Shown: positions 1 to 14,308 of the stretch, in pieces
Layout: each line of letters begins with the position of its first letter
Position numbering within the stretch: the first letter of the stretch is position 1
Assembly (NCBI RefSeq): GCF_026210795.1
Contig: NC_089433.1
Location: 744,001 to 808,000 of the forward strand
Direction of reading: 5' to 3'
DNA: 64,000 nt
From: Rhizophagus irregularis
Taxonomy: Eukaryota
Notes under the pieces: generated by a model
What the model saw: the letters and a program-made list of their open reading frames with translations, nothing else
What the model was told of the DNA's origin: nothing
Database searches by the model: none
Translations under genes and position numbers: made by a program

Positions 1-463
1 CCCCGTTTCTCAAGAACAAATATATTAAAAGAACTTTTCAGCATTATGATTTATACATTCTCACAGAAATATATGGGATATCCAATAATATTAACAACGA
101 ATTAACATATATTTATTTCATGAGCAAGGACATTTATAAAGCAAATAACCCATATATCAAATTACTAAAAATGCTTTATTTTCAATTGACATGAGTGGTT
201 CACAGAACAAAAACTCTTCCGGTCAGTCTCAAGCTAGCAATGAAGACGAAAGGAAAATTCGTTAAAATTCATTATAAGGACATTTTAATATTTTTCATAA
301 TTGGCTTAATTTTGATATGAGAAAAATTATACAGGATTATAACCAAATTAGATTTGAGTTGGACCACAAAAGTCACAATAATTAAGAGAATATACAATAA
401 CATTCAAAATTATTATTATTGTTGGGCTGTTAAATTGAAAGAATTACAATCAGTCTCAGATCG

Positions 464-606
464 TAAAATGACATTTGATGCTAAAGAACAAAATCCAGTT
501 TAAGGATTATAGATAGAAAAGAAACTACTATATTCAGTCTCAATGATAAAATGACATTTGATGCTGAAGAACAAAATCCAGTTTAAGGATTATAGATAGA
601 AAAGAA
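464..606. repeat. Local direct duplication, two ~60-bp copies at 83-bp period
   Basis: taaaatgacatttgatgct(a/g)aagaacaaaatccagtttaaggattatagatagaaaagaa occurs at 464-523 and 547-606 with one mismatch. Confidence 0.9.
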
Positions 607-1099
607 TCTTGACTCAAATAATGATAATTACTTTTCAATATATTGTGATTAAATAGTTCTTTGGACAAATTTTTGAGAAAGAAAATTCTTAATCATGGAT
701 TAAACTTAATAATTTGACAACATATGACAGAAATATTTATTAAATTAATAATATATTAGAAGAAAGTATTAAAAAGTACTAATACTATTTAATTCAAAAA
801 ACAAATGTCTTACATACACTTATTTTAAAAGATAGTACTTAGTTTATAGCTCTTGAAAAAAAGATGAAAATTTTATCAAGAATACCATAATATGGAATTA
901 TATTTAAAAGTTTTTAAAATCTTTTAGATTTATTTATATTCATTCATATAGATCTTTTCAAAAACACTTATTTTTACTGCTTGTATCAGCATTATTATCA
1001 CACTCAGATAGGAACAGCGTCAATATTTTGAATCATCTGGATGATGTTTAGGGTCAGAATTACAAATCGAACAATTGAGTTATGATGTAACAACTAAAG

Positions 1100-1700
1100 A
1101 GAACTCATTGTCATGCTTATGAGCATAGTTTCAAAGTTTTGTCCTAAAATACCCAAAGAATATAAAGGACATTATCCTATAAAAAAAATTCTGGAAACAA
1201 CTCCGATAAATGATCATTTTTCTAGTTTTTATTCCGAAGAAACTCAGACATATGTCATTTTTTTGAAAAATTTTATATAGGATTGCGTCAATTGCTGGAG
1301 TAACGATCATTTTGCTAAGAATTGTAAAGATGATAAAGTAAAAGAGCCTTGGCTATAAAATTATTTTATATTTGTCTGGATAGCGCCCATAGGCTCATAT
1401 AGAATAGTATGCTATCTGTACGAGTATTATGGCTATATATAGTATAAACAATAACAAATAAATATTGTGGATGTCAAAAACTCTCAGATTGGCAGGAGAA
1501 TTAATGAATAATTAGAATTATAGAACACAAATTAAGTTTACTCTTTAAGACCTACTATACTTCAAATAATTGATTACTTTACTTTTGGAAACTTAACATT
1601 GCACAAACTGGATATTAAAAATAATAATTATTAAAGAAATAATTGCTTTAACTGCTGGAGATCGGACATAGAGTTAACGCATATAATCATCTCTGTGGCA
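1100..1700 (+). pseudogene. Decayed multi-CCHC zinc-knuckle coding remnant (gag-like or CNBP-like)
   Basis: Removing the MITE at 1175-1282 plus one TSD gives in-frame SKFCPKIPKEYKGH-CVNCWSNDHFAKNCK (C-x2-C-x4-H-x4-C). Further broken knuckle-like motifs lie near 1108 (CHAYEH..SKFC), 1370 and 1644 (NCFNC). Stops and frameshifts are present. Confidence 0.5.
1175..1282. mobile_element. ~108-bp MITE, CCCTATA (CMC/CACTA-like) family, decayed copy
   Basis: Termini TCCTATAAAAAA...TTTTATATAGGA with flanks TTA/TTG (imperfect 3-bp TSD). Internally similar to the copy at 33875-33980. Excision restores a zinc-knuckle reading frame. Confidence 0.8.
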
Positions 1701-3699
1701 AGAATCTTCCATAATAAAAAGTAAGGTTTAAAATATTTAGTTATTATGATATTTCTTATTTATTAAAACTCATCAAATCTATAGCTTTTTTTAATTTTTA
1801 AGAATTACATAACAGATAAAAAAATATAAAATTAGTGGAGACCAACAAACATGGGAACAAAAAGTTTTATTATATTAGTTGATATAACTATTGATATAAT
1901 TTTTTGAAAATAGGCATTCAAAAATTTTTTTACATTGAATTTAATAACAATCGATGACTTGATTAGAGATACTCAGAACTCACTGAAGTCTTATATCTTC
2001 ATGATGACAATTTTAATGAAAAAGAAAAAAATTTTTTTTTTTTACTTCATATTATTATTATTGTTTTTCGAAAGAAAATGCCACCTATTACTCCCAATCA
2101 GATAGATACCCTATATAGAAAATTCTCTAAAATATGGCACTGATGACATTAAGATTTGATGACATTAAGATTGGATATTTGAAAAATATTTTTCAAAACT
2201 AGAACATCTCCTCACACCATGATGACTTTGAGATGTTTTGCAACATCTATCATTCATTAGGTGGCGTTTATATTCGTCTTGGGAAGTATATGTGGACTCA
2301 TTGCAGAGTCAGTTCCTGTAAACTCTAAACAAAAATACCATTGATAGAGTTATTAATAATGAAAACACTAAGTAGAACTCAAAAGAAAGGCAGAGAAATT
2401 AGATTAATATCAAACAGTTTTTTCTAATATTATTAAAATAGTTGATAAAATTTTAATTGAAAAAATTGATAAAATATTTAGATATTTTCTTTGAGTTATG
2501 TATGCCGAATGTTCACGATTATACTGTAGTCAAAGAAGATAAAGGCTATGGAGAGAAACTAATGATGGCATGCTTTGGGTCTGCAAAATCCTTAAACTGG
2601 AGATGTGAAGTTAAAACCTTAAAGGGTATAATATAGTTAGAGAAAGGAAGAAAAGGGATTTCAAGGAGCAACAAAAGAGAACATTTGATTATCATCAATT
2701 TCTGGAAGTCAAATCAGATTTCTTAATTAACTATCTTATAACTCGAATACTACAACAATCCTTAACTACCAAACTATCTCTAACTAAATCAATCTTTAAT
2801 GTTATAAACAATTTTAATAGACTTTTAGTTATATGATAGTAAACAATTACATTGAAGTAAACAAAACATTCTTGATATCAGCTTCTTTCTTTTATGTTAT
2901 TTATGTTATTCTTTAACCTAAGAATTCAATTAATTATGTAAACTAAAAACCGATTATAGTCATCATAATATGGTAGGCAAACTTCTGGGAAGACGTATCA
3001 AAGAGAGTATATAATGATTTAAATTTAATTATACCGCTCAATACATTAATACCTGCATAGTCCTTTAATGCTTAAACAACTTCAGTTTTTTTCCAAGAGT
3101 TAAAAATTTTTCTGCTTTTCTTTCGATAATGACTGTAGTTTGTTTGCATCATTCTTATATAAATTAGATCGATCAAGCTAAAATTATTTCATCAATTAAG
3201 ATTTTACAAATTGATTTAAAAGATTGTGAAATATTGCTGTAGGCGAGAAATAAGTATGAAAGATAGATTAAAAATGAATAGTAAACTATATTTATGAAAA
3301 AGAAACAGTCAAAGAAGGTTTTTTTTTTATCCTGAATATAATGTTACGACATCAAATGCAAAAGTGATGGAGAATTAAATGTACAGCATTTAGTTTAGAA
3401 AAAAACTAAAAGTTTATAGTAAGAAAATAATAACTGGTTACTTAATAATATTTCTTAGGATTTTTATACAACCAAACCTATTAAATGATGAAATCATACA
3501 ATGATAATCCTACACCTTTATATAGTGTTATAGTAATATAATAATTTATTTACTAATAAATTTATATGCAGGAGAACTTCTTAAGTCTCATTATTTCATT
3601 CAACCCATATTCAACTTATACTACAAAAAACTAAATCTGAGGATTAATTAATAATGAAAAATTAAACAAAGTTAGACCAATGGACTTTAATCTTATTTT

Positions 3700-5050
3700 A
3701 TGAATTCAAAATATGACTGATTGAAAAATCCAAACATTTATTTGCAAACAATACACAATAGCTAAATGCTAAAAAGTTACTCGGGGATCCGATCTGCTGA
3801 ATTCTTTCCGCTGATCACTTGTCCAAAAATTTCGCTAAAGAAATTTTGAAATTATCGAGTTAACTAATATAAAAGTAAAGAAACAAGAAATCTGGATTCT
3901 AGTAAAGGTTTAAATATTATTTTAATTGGTATCAGAAACTATTAAATTAATATGGATAGGATAGTATGGACTACTACCACTGACTATTATCAACTACCAC
4001 TATCTGATACGGTAATATTACCAAATGCAAACTCGTGGCTAAGAAACTTTGCAAAAACACATTCATTATCTTCAACATGTCTACTGCAATTTCAATATTG
4101 AAGAAACTGCAATAGAAATTATAACAATGAATTATTAGAGCAAATTCGACCAATGAATTTAAGAATTTATTACAAGAATTTATTGATCATAAAGTTTAAC
4201 ATGGGAATGTTTCTAGAGGCTCCTTTCTTTGTGATTTAGATTTTTGACCGTGTTTATTTGATTTCGTTGATTATCTGGTTTATTCTTTTCTCCAACAGTA
4301 GCGTTTAATGTTAAAGAGGTTTTGTTAGGCAATTCCATATTCACAATATAGAATAATATTAATATTAAATTTGCTGAAATTTTATCAGTCATCATTGCCA
4401 TTGGTAACATTATAACACACCATGTCGAGCTTATAACTATTTCGGACATGGTTTAAAAAACTATTTTAACATTCAACCATCAAGGTTGTTGTGCTAAGTG
4501 TTGGGAGCCAAATCATATTACCGCAGAGTGCAGAGGAACTTGAGTGGAAACTCCATTAAAAACCAAAATACACAACAAACTGATATGATTATGATCTATT
4601 AGCCAATGGAATTATTAGTGATAATGATAATTTAATATTAAAAAATAAGAATATGTATAAGAAAATATATCTTAATATCAACAAAAAATATCAATATAGT
4701 TAAGGCAATTTTTTTTTAAAGAAGAGTATTCATATATATTATATACCATTGTATGAATAATGAGGTATCAAAAATAACAAAGAATAACTAGAAATTAATG
4801 CAGGAAGAAAAGCTGTTAATATTATGATAAAATCACTAGATCTAACAATTTTATCAGAAACACAATAATTTTGGAGCGGATAAGGCTGATAAAGAAATTG
4901 AATTTTTTTACTACAGAGATATGGATCGTACATTTTTCTCGTGAAGATAATCTTTTATCTTCACCATATTGGCCTAGCGAAGAGTTCCAAAAGAAAGGTC
5001 TTAATGTCATACTGGCATGATGAAGAATTTAAAAATTTCAGAATGAGTGC
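3700..5050 (+). mobile_element. Highly degraded retroelement gag-like remnant
   Basis: CCHC knuckle CAKCWEPNHITAEC at 4490-4531 within stop-riddled coding-like sequence. Boundaries are approximate. Confidence 0.35.
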
Positions 5051-7762
5051 AAAGTATTCCAATAACGCCAATACTATTGAGAAAATTTCAGATCTTCAAA
5101 TCCTTTCTTAAAAATTTTTTTTTTTTAATCTTCTTTTGATAAGGTGTTTTTACCTTCTTTTGATGAAGATGTTTTTACCTTCTTTTGATGGTGTTTTTTA
5201 TCTTCTTTTGATGAAGATATTTTTTTCTTACTATTGTTTTAATGAAGATGAATTTTTTCTTATAAAATAGAAACTTGTTACCTAGATAATTATTCTTTAT
5301 TTTTTGGAGATGATGATAATTTCGCCGGTATTGTGTCTTATTATTCCAGAAGAAAATTTGGATAAAATGGTATACAAAAAAATTGAAGATGATTTGGAGA
5401 AAATCAAATTTTTCTACCAATAAAGGATTGTCTTATTTTAATCTATACTTTTATGACAATGAGTCCAACAATTTTGATGTTAATGAGAATTCTAATAATG
5501 AAAATTATGAAGATTTTATACAACATATACAAAAAAACTACAAGATTTTCTCAACAAAATTAGTGCGAAAATGTGTTTTATTCAAAGAAATCCAAATAAC
5601 AATATACCTTATAATTTTTTATTGAGTTATGGTCGTTGCAACATTACTGCTAATTTAAATATAGAAATGGAATTATTTCCTTCTCCTATTTCTACATAGT
5701 AAGGATTATTAAACTTTTCTTTCCAATATGATAACCCATGTCAACTAAAATCATTTTCTATTCTATAGGTATATTTTCTCTTTAGAATATAGCTATGATT
5801 TAAAGAATTAATAACAAAATTTATATTTAATTTGTTTAAATATACAAATCAAGACAAATGTGCTTATTGTCTCTACGTGAAGCTCTCTCTCGTACTGAAA
5901 GAGATATGCTAATAGAACAATTAAAAAACTATGCAAGATGAGTTATTTTTATGTAAACAAGAGTTAACTAAAGCGGACGAAAAATATGATGCTCTACAAG
6001 AATGATTTCTTCGTGCCAAAAGAAATGCTGGAAAATGGAAGATAAGATCGAGGAAATGGAGTGATATCAAAAATTTAAATTATTAATAATAGCCAATATT
6101 TTAAAAGTTAATATCTTGAATCAGCAAGCAAGCAAGCAGAGGAAGAGAATAAGTAAACTTCAAGTGAAGAAAAAATAACAATATTTTACAAACTGCTTTA
6201 ATAAGATGATTAAAACATAAAAGCAATTAAAATGAAAGATAATTTATTAATTAAATACAAGATCAATCTTCAATCATATCAAGATACCCAAATTAAAGAA
6301 TTGATTTGAAAAAAAGAAGATCAATAAAGTTATTATAGGAAATACTTGATCCTTCATTTGTGTTTGATAACAGAGAATTCGACGTACTGGTACTGTTATA
6401 TTCACATCTGATTGACTTATCATTTTCATAATTGTTTATTTTCATAAACGTAAAGAACTGGTTTAACAATAACAGACTGCTTGATACGAATGATACGTCG
6501 CACAACATTCAAAATTCATTAAAATGTAAAAATATCAAATAGCAAATTAGCCGATATTATATCAATGATCAACGGGTACCAATTATTGGTTCACTTATCA
6601 GGATGTTCGTAACTCGTAAGTATACCATCTTTATTTTTTGTTTTCGTTTTCTTTTAATTTTAAAATCGGATTGTTTTTCCTCTTTTTTTTTAACCTAATC
6701 TATATTATTTGATTATTCAAATCAAAAAAAATTACAGGGCAAAAGCGAAAGAACTTATATAAAAATTCATTTCTTTTTTAGTAATTTAATTATATAATTC
6801 AGTTCTGAGTTTTTGTTATTATTGTAAATGGGTTGTTTAAAGTAATCAGAATTATTTAATTACAGTTAAAAAAAAAATGAAAAAATGTCCAAGTTGATAT
6901 ATTCTCATTTTTTAATTATGAAATTTTTTGACACGACAATTATAACATATGGAAGTTGCAAGAAAGGTTCAGGAAGAAAATTGCGTACTGAAACAAAAAG
7001 TTTCGATATTAACTAAGACAGAAAAAGGAGCGGGTAAAGAAGAAATCTTAAAATAGCCTAAGTCTCCTAGGATCGATAATAACTCAGCCAAAACACATAA
7101 TATATTTTATAGATGGCTCCTAACAAATTACAATCTGGTAAAATTGTTGAAGAATATTAAAGACCAATCATAATTATAATTAGATAGTAAAATACATTTC
7201 TATCTTCTTTATCATCTTTATCATTCAAATTCTATAGAAATTCCAGTATAATCAATTACTCATAAGGAGCATATATTAGAATTTACAAAAATATTATTAT
7301 ACGCACCAGTTAATTTTGATAATAATCAACTAAATTAATGATTATTCTTATCTGAAGGTTAAGGTCTTCATTCCTTCGGTTCTAAACATCAAAACTCAAA
7401 TTGAAGAGTTAGATACTAAAAATGTAATCTTTTTAAGAGGAAAATTTATCATGTGCACCGTTGCAAATTTTTCGCGCGTAGTCGATGCATAATCAGATTA
7501 TATAAGCGAAAGCCAACATTTTTCTTAGAATAGTTCATTATAATTAATAAATCTTATCGTCTTAATCTCTAGACTCATTCTTTATTCATTTTATCCAACT
7601 TCACTTTTCTTCCCATCTAATTTCCAAACGAATTTGATAGATAATATGTTAGCTTACCATCGTGTCTTTTTGAAAAGTTTGATCATAACGATTTTCGCTA
7701 TGTAGGCGACATATTCAAATTTTCTAATGAATTACGTTTGTGAAATAAATGACACTTATGCA

Positions 7763-7963
7763 TTCAATTTACTGACAATCATTTCACCGAAAAAATTTCT
7801 CTGCTGACAGGGTCATTTCGGATAAAGTTTTCGCCGACGATCAATCAGGGAATTTAGGTTTAGAGTTAAGGTTTTAAGTAAGGGAATAGGATTAGAGTTA
7901 GAATAAGGTTTAGGATAATTAGATTATCCTGTGAAATGATGGGCGATGAGATGAACTAAGACC
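7763..7963. mobile_element. Degenerate MITE related to the MULE-like element at 44576-45978
   Basis: Shares ctgacagggtcatttcg, tcaccga/gccgac repeats and a degenerate TTAGGG-like core with 44576-44780, and ends ...gaccc. No clear TSD. Confidence 0.6.
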
Positions 7964-8232
7964 CTCATTAGCAATATTATTTTATAGCACGTATATAGTA
8001 TATAGTATATCTTTATTTCATTATTAAGAATTTCCCATGAATAATTTTGTATCATTGAGTTAAAGAATAAATACTTTTAAATATAAATTTTTTTTATTAT
8101 TAAAATTTTTTTTAAATTGAAATATTTTTTTAAAAAAAAGTCCTTTTTACAAAAAAAAACGCTAAATTTAAATTTAGAAATTATTAATTTTTTTTTTAAC
8201 AAAATAAATTTAAAAAATTTAACAACAAAAAA

Positions 8233-10687
8233 TTACATAATCACACAATCATCGTCTTTTTTACCATTACCATGACCATTACCGTTACCATTTGATCCAA
8301 TATCATTTTTCTTTTTTGATTTTGCTTTACCTTTCCCACTTCCTTTACCACTCCCCCCTCCGTTGTTGTTGTTGTTGTTAATATTATCTATACTAAAATG
8401 TCTATTATTACCATACCAACTCGAATCCGCCATATTTGAACTCGACGCTGCCGATGCCGATGAATCTACACTATCCGCTATTGATATTTGTGAATTTATT
8501 GAGTCTTCTTTTTTGGCTTTTTTAACAAATCTCCGTTTTGGCGGAGATGGTGTTAAAGTTGTTGGTAAACTATTTATTGGACTCGTTATTGTAGGAACTT
8601 CTGTATCTGATGATGTTCCTATACTATTTAGCCTTGGAAGTGGGTCATCAATCTTATGATTTTCGAAAAAAAAGGGTGGTTATAATATTAGCATTTGTTT
8701 AAAAATATGAAAATGTATATAGTATGAATGACGTACCAATCCAAGCGGAATATATCTTATCAAGTGATTATTTAATGTGCATGGAAATGGTGCATTTGGG
8801 GAACATTTCGTGTGACATACCATATTACATTCTTTTTAATTTTTAGGAATTTTTAAAAAAAATGTAAGTTATTATATATTTGATGGTAAATTAATAAAAA
8901 ATAATTATTAACAATTAAATACCTTCACACATGACAGCGTGTTTTTTAACAGTACTTTGACATATCTTGCATGTAACGGCTAATAAAAGAAGGGGGAAAA
9001 AAAACAATAATTTTAAAAATGATCGAAAAGTTAATTTTCAATTAAAATTTTTTTAATTAGTGATGCATATGATAAAAAAAATTTTTTACTAACGTTTGCC
9101 AAAAGAGTTCTTTACAAATCGATGCGGGACCATAGGAGTTGCTGCTAATAATTTTGTTGGAGTAAGAGCAACATTTGGAGAACTAGCTGACTTTCTACCA
9201 ATTGTTGGGGTTGTTGATTCCGGTTCTGTAAGAGATTCATTATTACTATTCTCTATGATAGTATCATTAATATTACTAACGTTGCTAAGTGAACTTGGAT
9301 TAAGTTCAGATAGTTTAGTATCAGATGTTATTCTTCGTAAAAATGGCAAACTTTCCTGGGTTCTCAATTCTTTTAACGCCCAATTACTTCTAATCCAATT
9401 ATGTTTAAATAAATCTCGAGCAGTTGGCCTCATTGAAGGTTTCTTATGAAAGCATTGTTTAAGAAAATCTGTAAGATCATCAGACATATTTTCTGGCAAA
9501 GGAGGACAATCATCTTCTACTATTCTAAATAGAGCTGTCATTGCAAGAAGATCTGAATATGGAGGCTTCCCTGTTAATAATTCAATAATAGTACAACCTA
9601 AAGACCAAATATCTGATGCCGTTGACGCTCCTTTAAGTTCAATTACTTCAGGTGCCATCCAATTTGGTGTACCCGCAACTTCAGTGCTAACATGCTCCAT
9701 CATTTTAAGATTTAACGAAACACCAAAATCTGATAATTTAACATTCCCATTTTTTGTTGTAAGAATATTTGCTGCTTTAAGATCACAATGTACAACTTGC
9801 TTTGTGTGTAAGTATACCAAACCCTCCAATATTTTAACTACATAAGAACCAACCAATTTCTCTGGAAAAGCTCCAAATGATTTAAGTGTATGTAGAAGGG
9901 AACCGTTTTCCACATATTCTAATATAATGTTAATATGATCATCAGTCATAATAAATGCTTCATATTTGACGACACTTGGATGAGAAAGTGATTTTAAAAG
10001 TTCAACTTCATGCATAAGTTGTTCAATCTCATCAGACATTTTCCCCTCAAGTTTAATTCTCTTGACAGCAACCATCTGCCCTGTACCTAAATGTAATGCT
10101 CTGTAAACTGCACCAAATTGTCCTTTTCCTATACAGTTACCTAATTGATATTGCGCAACTATTTCATCATCATTTTTTAAAATCAGTTTTTCTCTAGGTA
10201 AATCTCCGGAAGAACATGCTCCGCTCATACTTTCACGTCTCTTATAATCAGCATAACCAGGTATCTTATCATTTTTGTTTAATGATATTTCCGAAGTACG
10301 ATCACTCTTATAACGAATATGAGTTTTTTTATGCGATGAATTACTTCGACTCATAGGTCTTTCTGATTTTGTTGGAGCTGGAGGAATTGGCAAAGGTGCA
10401 AGATCTTCAACAAATTCAGATTCAAGTTCCTCATCATCACGTTTTTGATCCACATATAAATGGCCCATTGTCACACTTTTTCGTAAACTAGGTTTCTTTT
10501 TTTGAAGGGTCGTACCGGAGTTTGATTGTGTATTATCGGTAACATTACTTTCTGTTGATACTTCAGATGTTTTTAAATCTGATGCGCTAGAATTTTTATC
10601 GTCCGAAGGATGTATTATCGAATTTGGATCGATATCAAGTGTTTTTTCTGATTTAGTGGGAGTTCTCTTATTTTTTACGAATATGTT

Positions 10688-10723
<36 letters not shown>

Positions 10724-11881
10724 GTCATTATTTTTATTTTCATTGTTATTATTGTTATTGTCATTGTTATTGTTATTATTATTGTTATTATTGTTATTAT
10801 CATTGTTATTATTGTTATTATTAATATTGTTGTTGATATTACTATTAGATATCTCGCTCACATTTAATTTTTCCGACTTTGTCTCTTTAATTGAATCTGA
10901 TTTTTCAGTTTGTTTAATGTTTAAATCTTTAAATTTATCAAATATTGGTTGCTCAATTGAAACATCAGAATTACGACGAACATATTTCCCTTCAACAGCG
11001 CGCTCAATTGCTAATATTGTAGCTATCACCTATAATCATATTCGAACAAAGGATGAATTAATATAATTAATATAATTAATTTAATATTTTAAGAATTAAC
11101 ATACTATGAATAATTTATTTTAAACGCACCCTCTCCATATGTTTTCCTTCAAACAAATCAACAGTTTGAAACAAATCCGAAGAATGTAGCCCAAACTAGA
11201 AAATGATTATACAATTGGATTAATAAAGTTTACGGAAAATAAAAAAAGAAATTAATAGTAATAAAAAAAAATATATATATATATACCTTACGAGCCGCGT
11301 TCAAAAAATTACTAATATTTTCCATCTTGATTAAAAAAAAAATAAAAATAAAAAAACTTACTTAAATAAATAATGTGAATAATCAATTAAATTAATTCAA
11401 AAATATTTTTTCTTTCTTTTTTTTTTTCGTATAAAAATAATTCATACCTTTACAAAAGGTAAATCTTTTCGACTAATTTGTGGTATAACATCTGGTTGTA
11501 ATTTATTCATTAAACTTTAAAAAATTGTAATTGAATAATAATAAAAATAAAACAATGATTATTATATTAATTATATTAATTATTTTAATGAAATTTTGAT
11601 CTAATGTTACTTATTTAATGGACAACATTAATAATAAATATTTTATTGGTAACATACCTGCATAATAAAACACCGTCTTTAAGAATCTCATGCAAGTCAT
11701 TTCCAGATAATTTGGAACCTAATGTTTGTTCAATAAATTCTCTTGCAGCTTTCTGATTACTAGAATATCGTTCCTCCCGAAGAGATTCGAACAAACGATC
11801 TGTACTGATTGAAGGTTTCCTAGATTTTTGAACAATAATACGGTTCGGTTTTACAGTAACTAACGAAAGTTCTGAAGTCAT
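8233..11881 (-). CDS. Calponin-homology + Cdc15/SepH-like (STE11 group) Ser/Thr kinase + C1 domain + C-terminal CAAX protein, ~967 aa
   Basis: Eight GT-AG exons join in frame: 11881-11658, 11514-11448, 11325-11287, 11195-11130, 11029-9094, 8979-8923, 8831-8737, 8652-8233. CH motifs: LKDGVLLCSLMNKL, ENISNFL, DLFQTVDLFEG. Kinase motifs: GKGQFG, VAVK, HCDLKAAN, DFG, GTPNWMAPE. C1: H-x12-C-x2-C-x10-C-x2-C-x4-H-x2-C-x7-C. Ends CVIM*. Confidence 0.92.
10688..10845. repeat. Coding trinucleotide repeats (poly-Asn then poly-Asp) in the kinase linker
   Basis: (tca)n and (tt(a/g))n runs translate on the minus strand to NNNN...DDDDDDDDDDD. Confidence 0.9.
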
Positions 11882-14308
11882 ATTTATGTATATAAATAAA
11901 AGGAAAGTAACAGTCACTCTAGAGAAAGATAAAATTCTCGAGATAATTTGTACAATTGCTGGAACAAGTACACTCGATAAAGTTTCCAAGAAAACAAATT
12001 CGGTTGCAAATTCGGATGTGTATAGTTACACTGCCCCACCATTCGCCAATCACATAAGATTCTTTCAGCCGACAAATCTTGTACGGTAAAAATTATTTAA
12101 AAATTTCTTGTAAGCCAGAGTTTATTAATGATAAATTTATTAATTTATTCCCCTGGAAAACTAATTAAAATTTCAATTCAAAAGGCAAAATTTACATGCT
12201 GTACATCTGATTTTAAGCAGTTTAATTTTAAAGATGATTAAAATGGTCAAGCAGATGTACGCAGATATGTACAAAAATTGTACAAGGAAGGAGTCCATAT
12301 GGTTTCCCAACAATCTACCTTTGGGAATAACTGGTAATTTCAATAAGAAATAACTTGTGTTCCAGGAATCGCCAATCATATTCCCATTAAGTTCACGTGA
12401 ATAATACATTATTATGTCGTAAAAAATTAATGTACTACATCAGTACATCTGTACATTCTATATAATTTATAGAATTCAAGGGGTGGGAGTAGGGGATACA
12501 TACTATACTATTTTACTATTTCTAAGGGTATGAATACGGAACTTAAGTTTAAATACAGATAGTTAGATAGTTTTTGGTAATAATTATTTAATTAAGTTAT
12601 ATATTCATAATCATTAAGAGATGAATATATAAACTAACTATGTCGAGTACTTATAAAAGCTAACTTTTTGTACAACTATTCTTTGGAAAGCGCAATTATA
12701 ATTATTATTTATCTACATTGTTTGATAAGAATATCAACCATTTTTTGATATTCTGATCGAAATCTACTATCAATCCTTTCTTTTTTCCTTTTTCCTTTAA
12801 TAAAAAAAAGGGGAATTTTGTGATTTGTCGATCTTATTCATTAATAAGCTTCAGAATCTCTGACATATGCAACCCTTCCGAGATCTTTTTTTTTTTATTA
12901 AAATTTGGTCTCGGAAATGGAAAAACTTTACAACTGCAGATAAGAGTTCAACCGAAGGAGGAATTTTCAAATATTATTTATTAAGCATTAACATATGAAT
13001 AAAAAAAATGACTTTGATTTTAATATATTTGTACAAAATGGTTCCACCATCGAATAATTCACTGCAAGTTCCAGACTTTAGAAGAATACATAAAAGGAAA
13101 GATCCAAAGTTGGAGTGATGGATCTAGAAGATCACATGTAGGTCATTTCTTTTATTGGATAATACCAGTCGAAACTATTAAAACACCTGGCATTATGTAC
13201 ATGACTACATGTGTGCATTATGCTGATGTTAAATTTTTTTTTTTTTTTTTTTTTGGCTGAGCCATAAATTTATTCCTGGACTTCCGAAAAATTTAAACAA
13301 CAATATCTTTTTTATAATACATTTTTTTGATTCTTTGTTGACTAATATTTTTACAATGATTTTAATTGGTTAATTTAATTATTGTTACTTTTTGTTTATA
13401 GTTGTTTTTTGGATTTGTCCAAAATGGAAAGATTCGGATAATTAAATCCCGATAAAGTTTTTGTCATTTCTGATATTGTATCTGTGATACGCGTAAATTT
13501 TATATGCGGGGAGAAAAAAGAATTTAATCTCGTCATACATCATCATTTACATGTTTATTGTAAATATTTAATCAAAAAAATAATGTTTTTTTCTTAAATG
13601 ATATTCTTTTTTACCAAACAATATTATCTTTATCGTTATTTTCGGAATAATTAAAAATTACAGATTTTTAATTTGTTTGATTCAATATAAGATAAAGTAT
13701 ATTACGTAGTTTTTTGGTATTTTGTTTATATTTTGATTATTCAATAACAAAGTTTAAACATACTTTATGGACAAATAACAAATTTTTATTGGATAAAAAT
13801 AATTATTTTTGTAATAAAATGAATACGCTTATCGGTTTTAATAAAAATTTTTTTGTTTGCAAATTTTGTATTGCACTGCCACATGATTTTCGTCAAGCCA
13901 CCAAATTTTTTTTATATTGTAATTGATGTTATAGTAAAATTGAGTAAATTGGCAAGTTTGAATTAAAAATTCATTAACTAAATAATCCAAAATTTTGACG
14001 ATCCATTTAACAATGGGACATATATATTCTTATAAATCTTTTGATTCAATTTTGCCTCTTGCCTTTTTTTTTTTTTAGCAAACACAACATAATACATTAT
14101 TATTCCGGGTTTGACCGAATATATTTTTCCATAAATAAGAACTCATTTTTCTTTGTTTTCATTAACAATAATTAATTAGTCTTCCTTTTATACCTTTTTT
14201 TTTTTTTAAAAAAAAAAAAGGATAAATTCACCATTTTTTTTCGTTATTTCCATCCCATCTTTTTTTTTCCCCTCCTTTCTTTCAAAAAAGTTAACGAGAA
14301 AAAAAAAT

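Noticed and set aside
8363..11066. Plus-strand ORFs 8363-8659, 9096-9449 and 10656-11066
   Set aside because: Antisense shadows of the kinase exons and their trinucleotide repeats.
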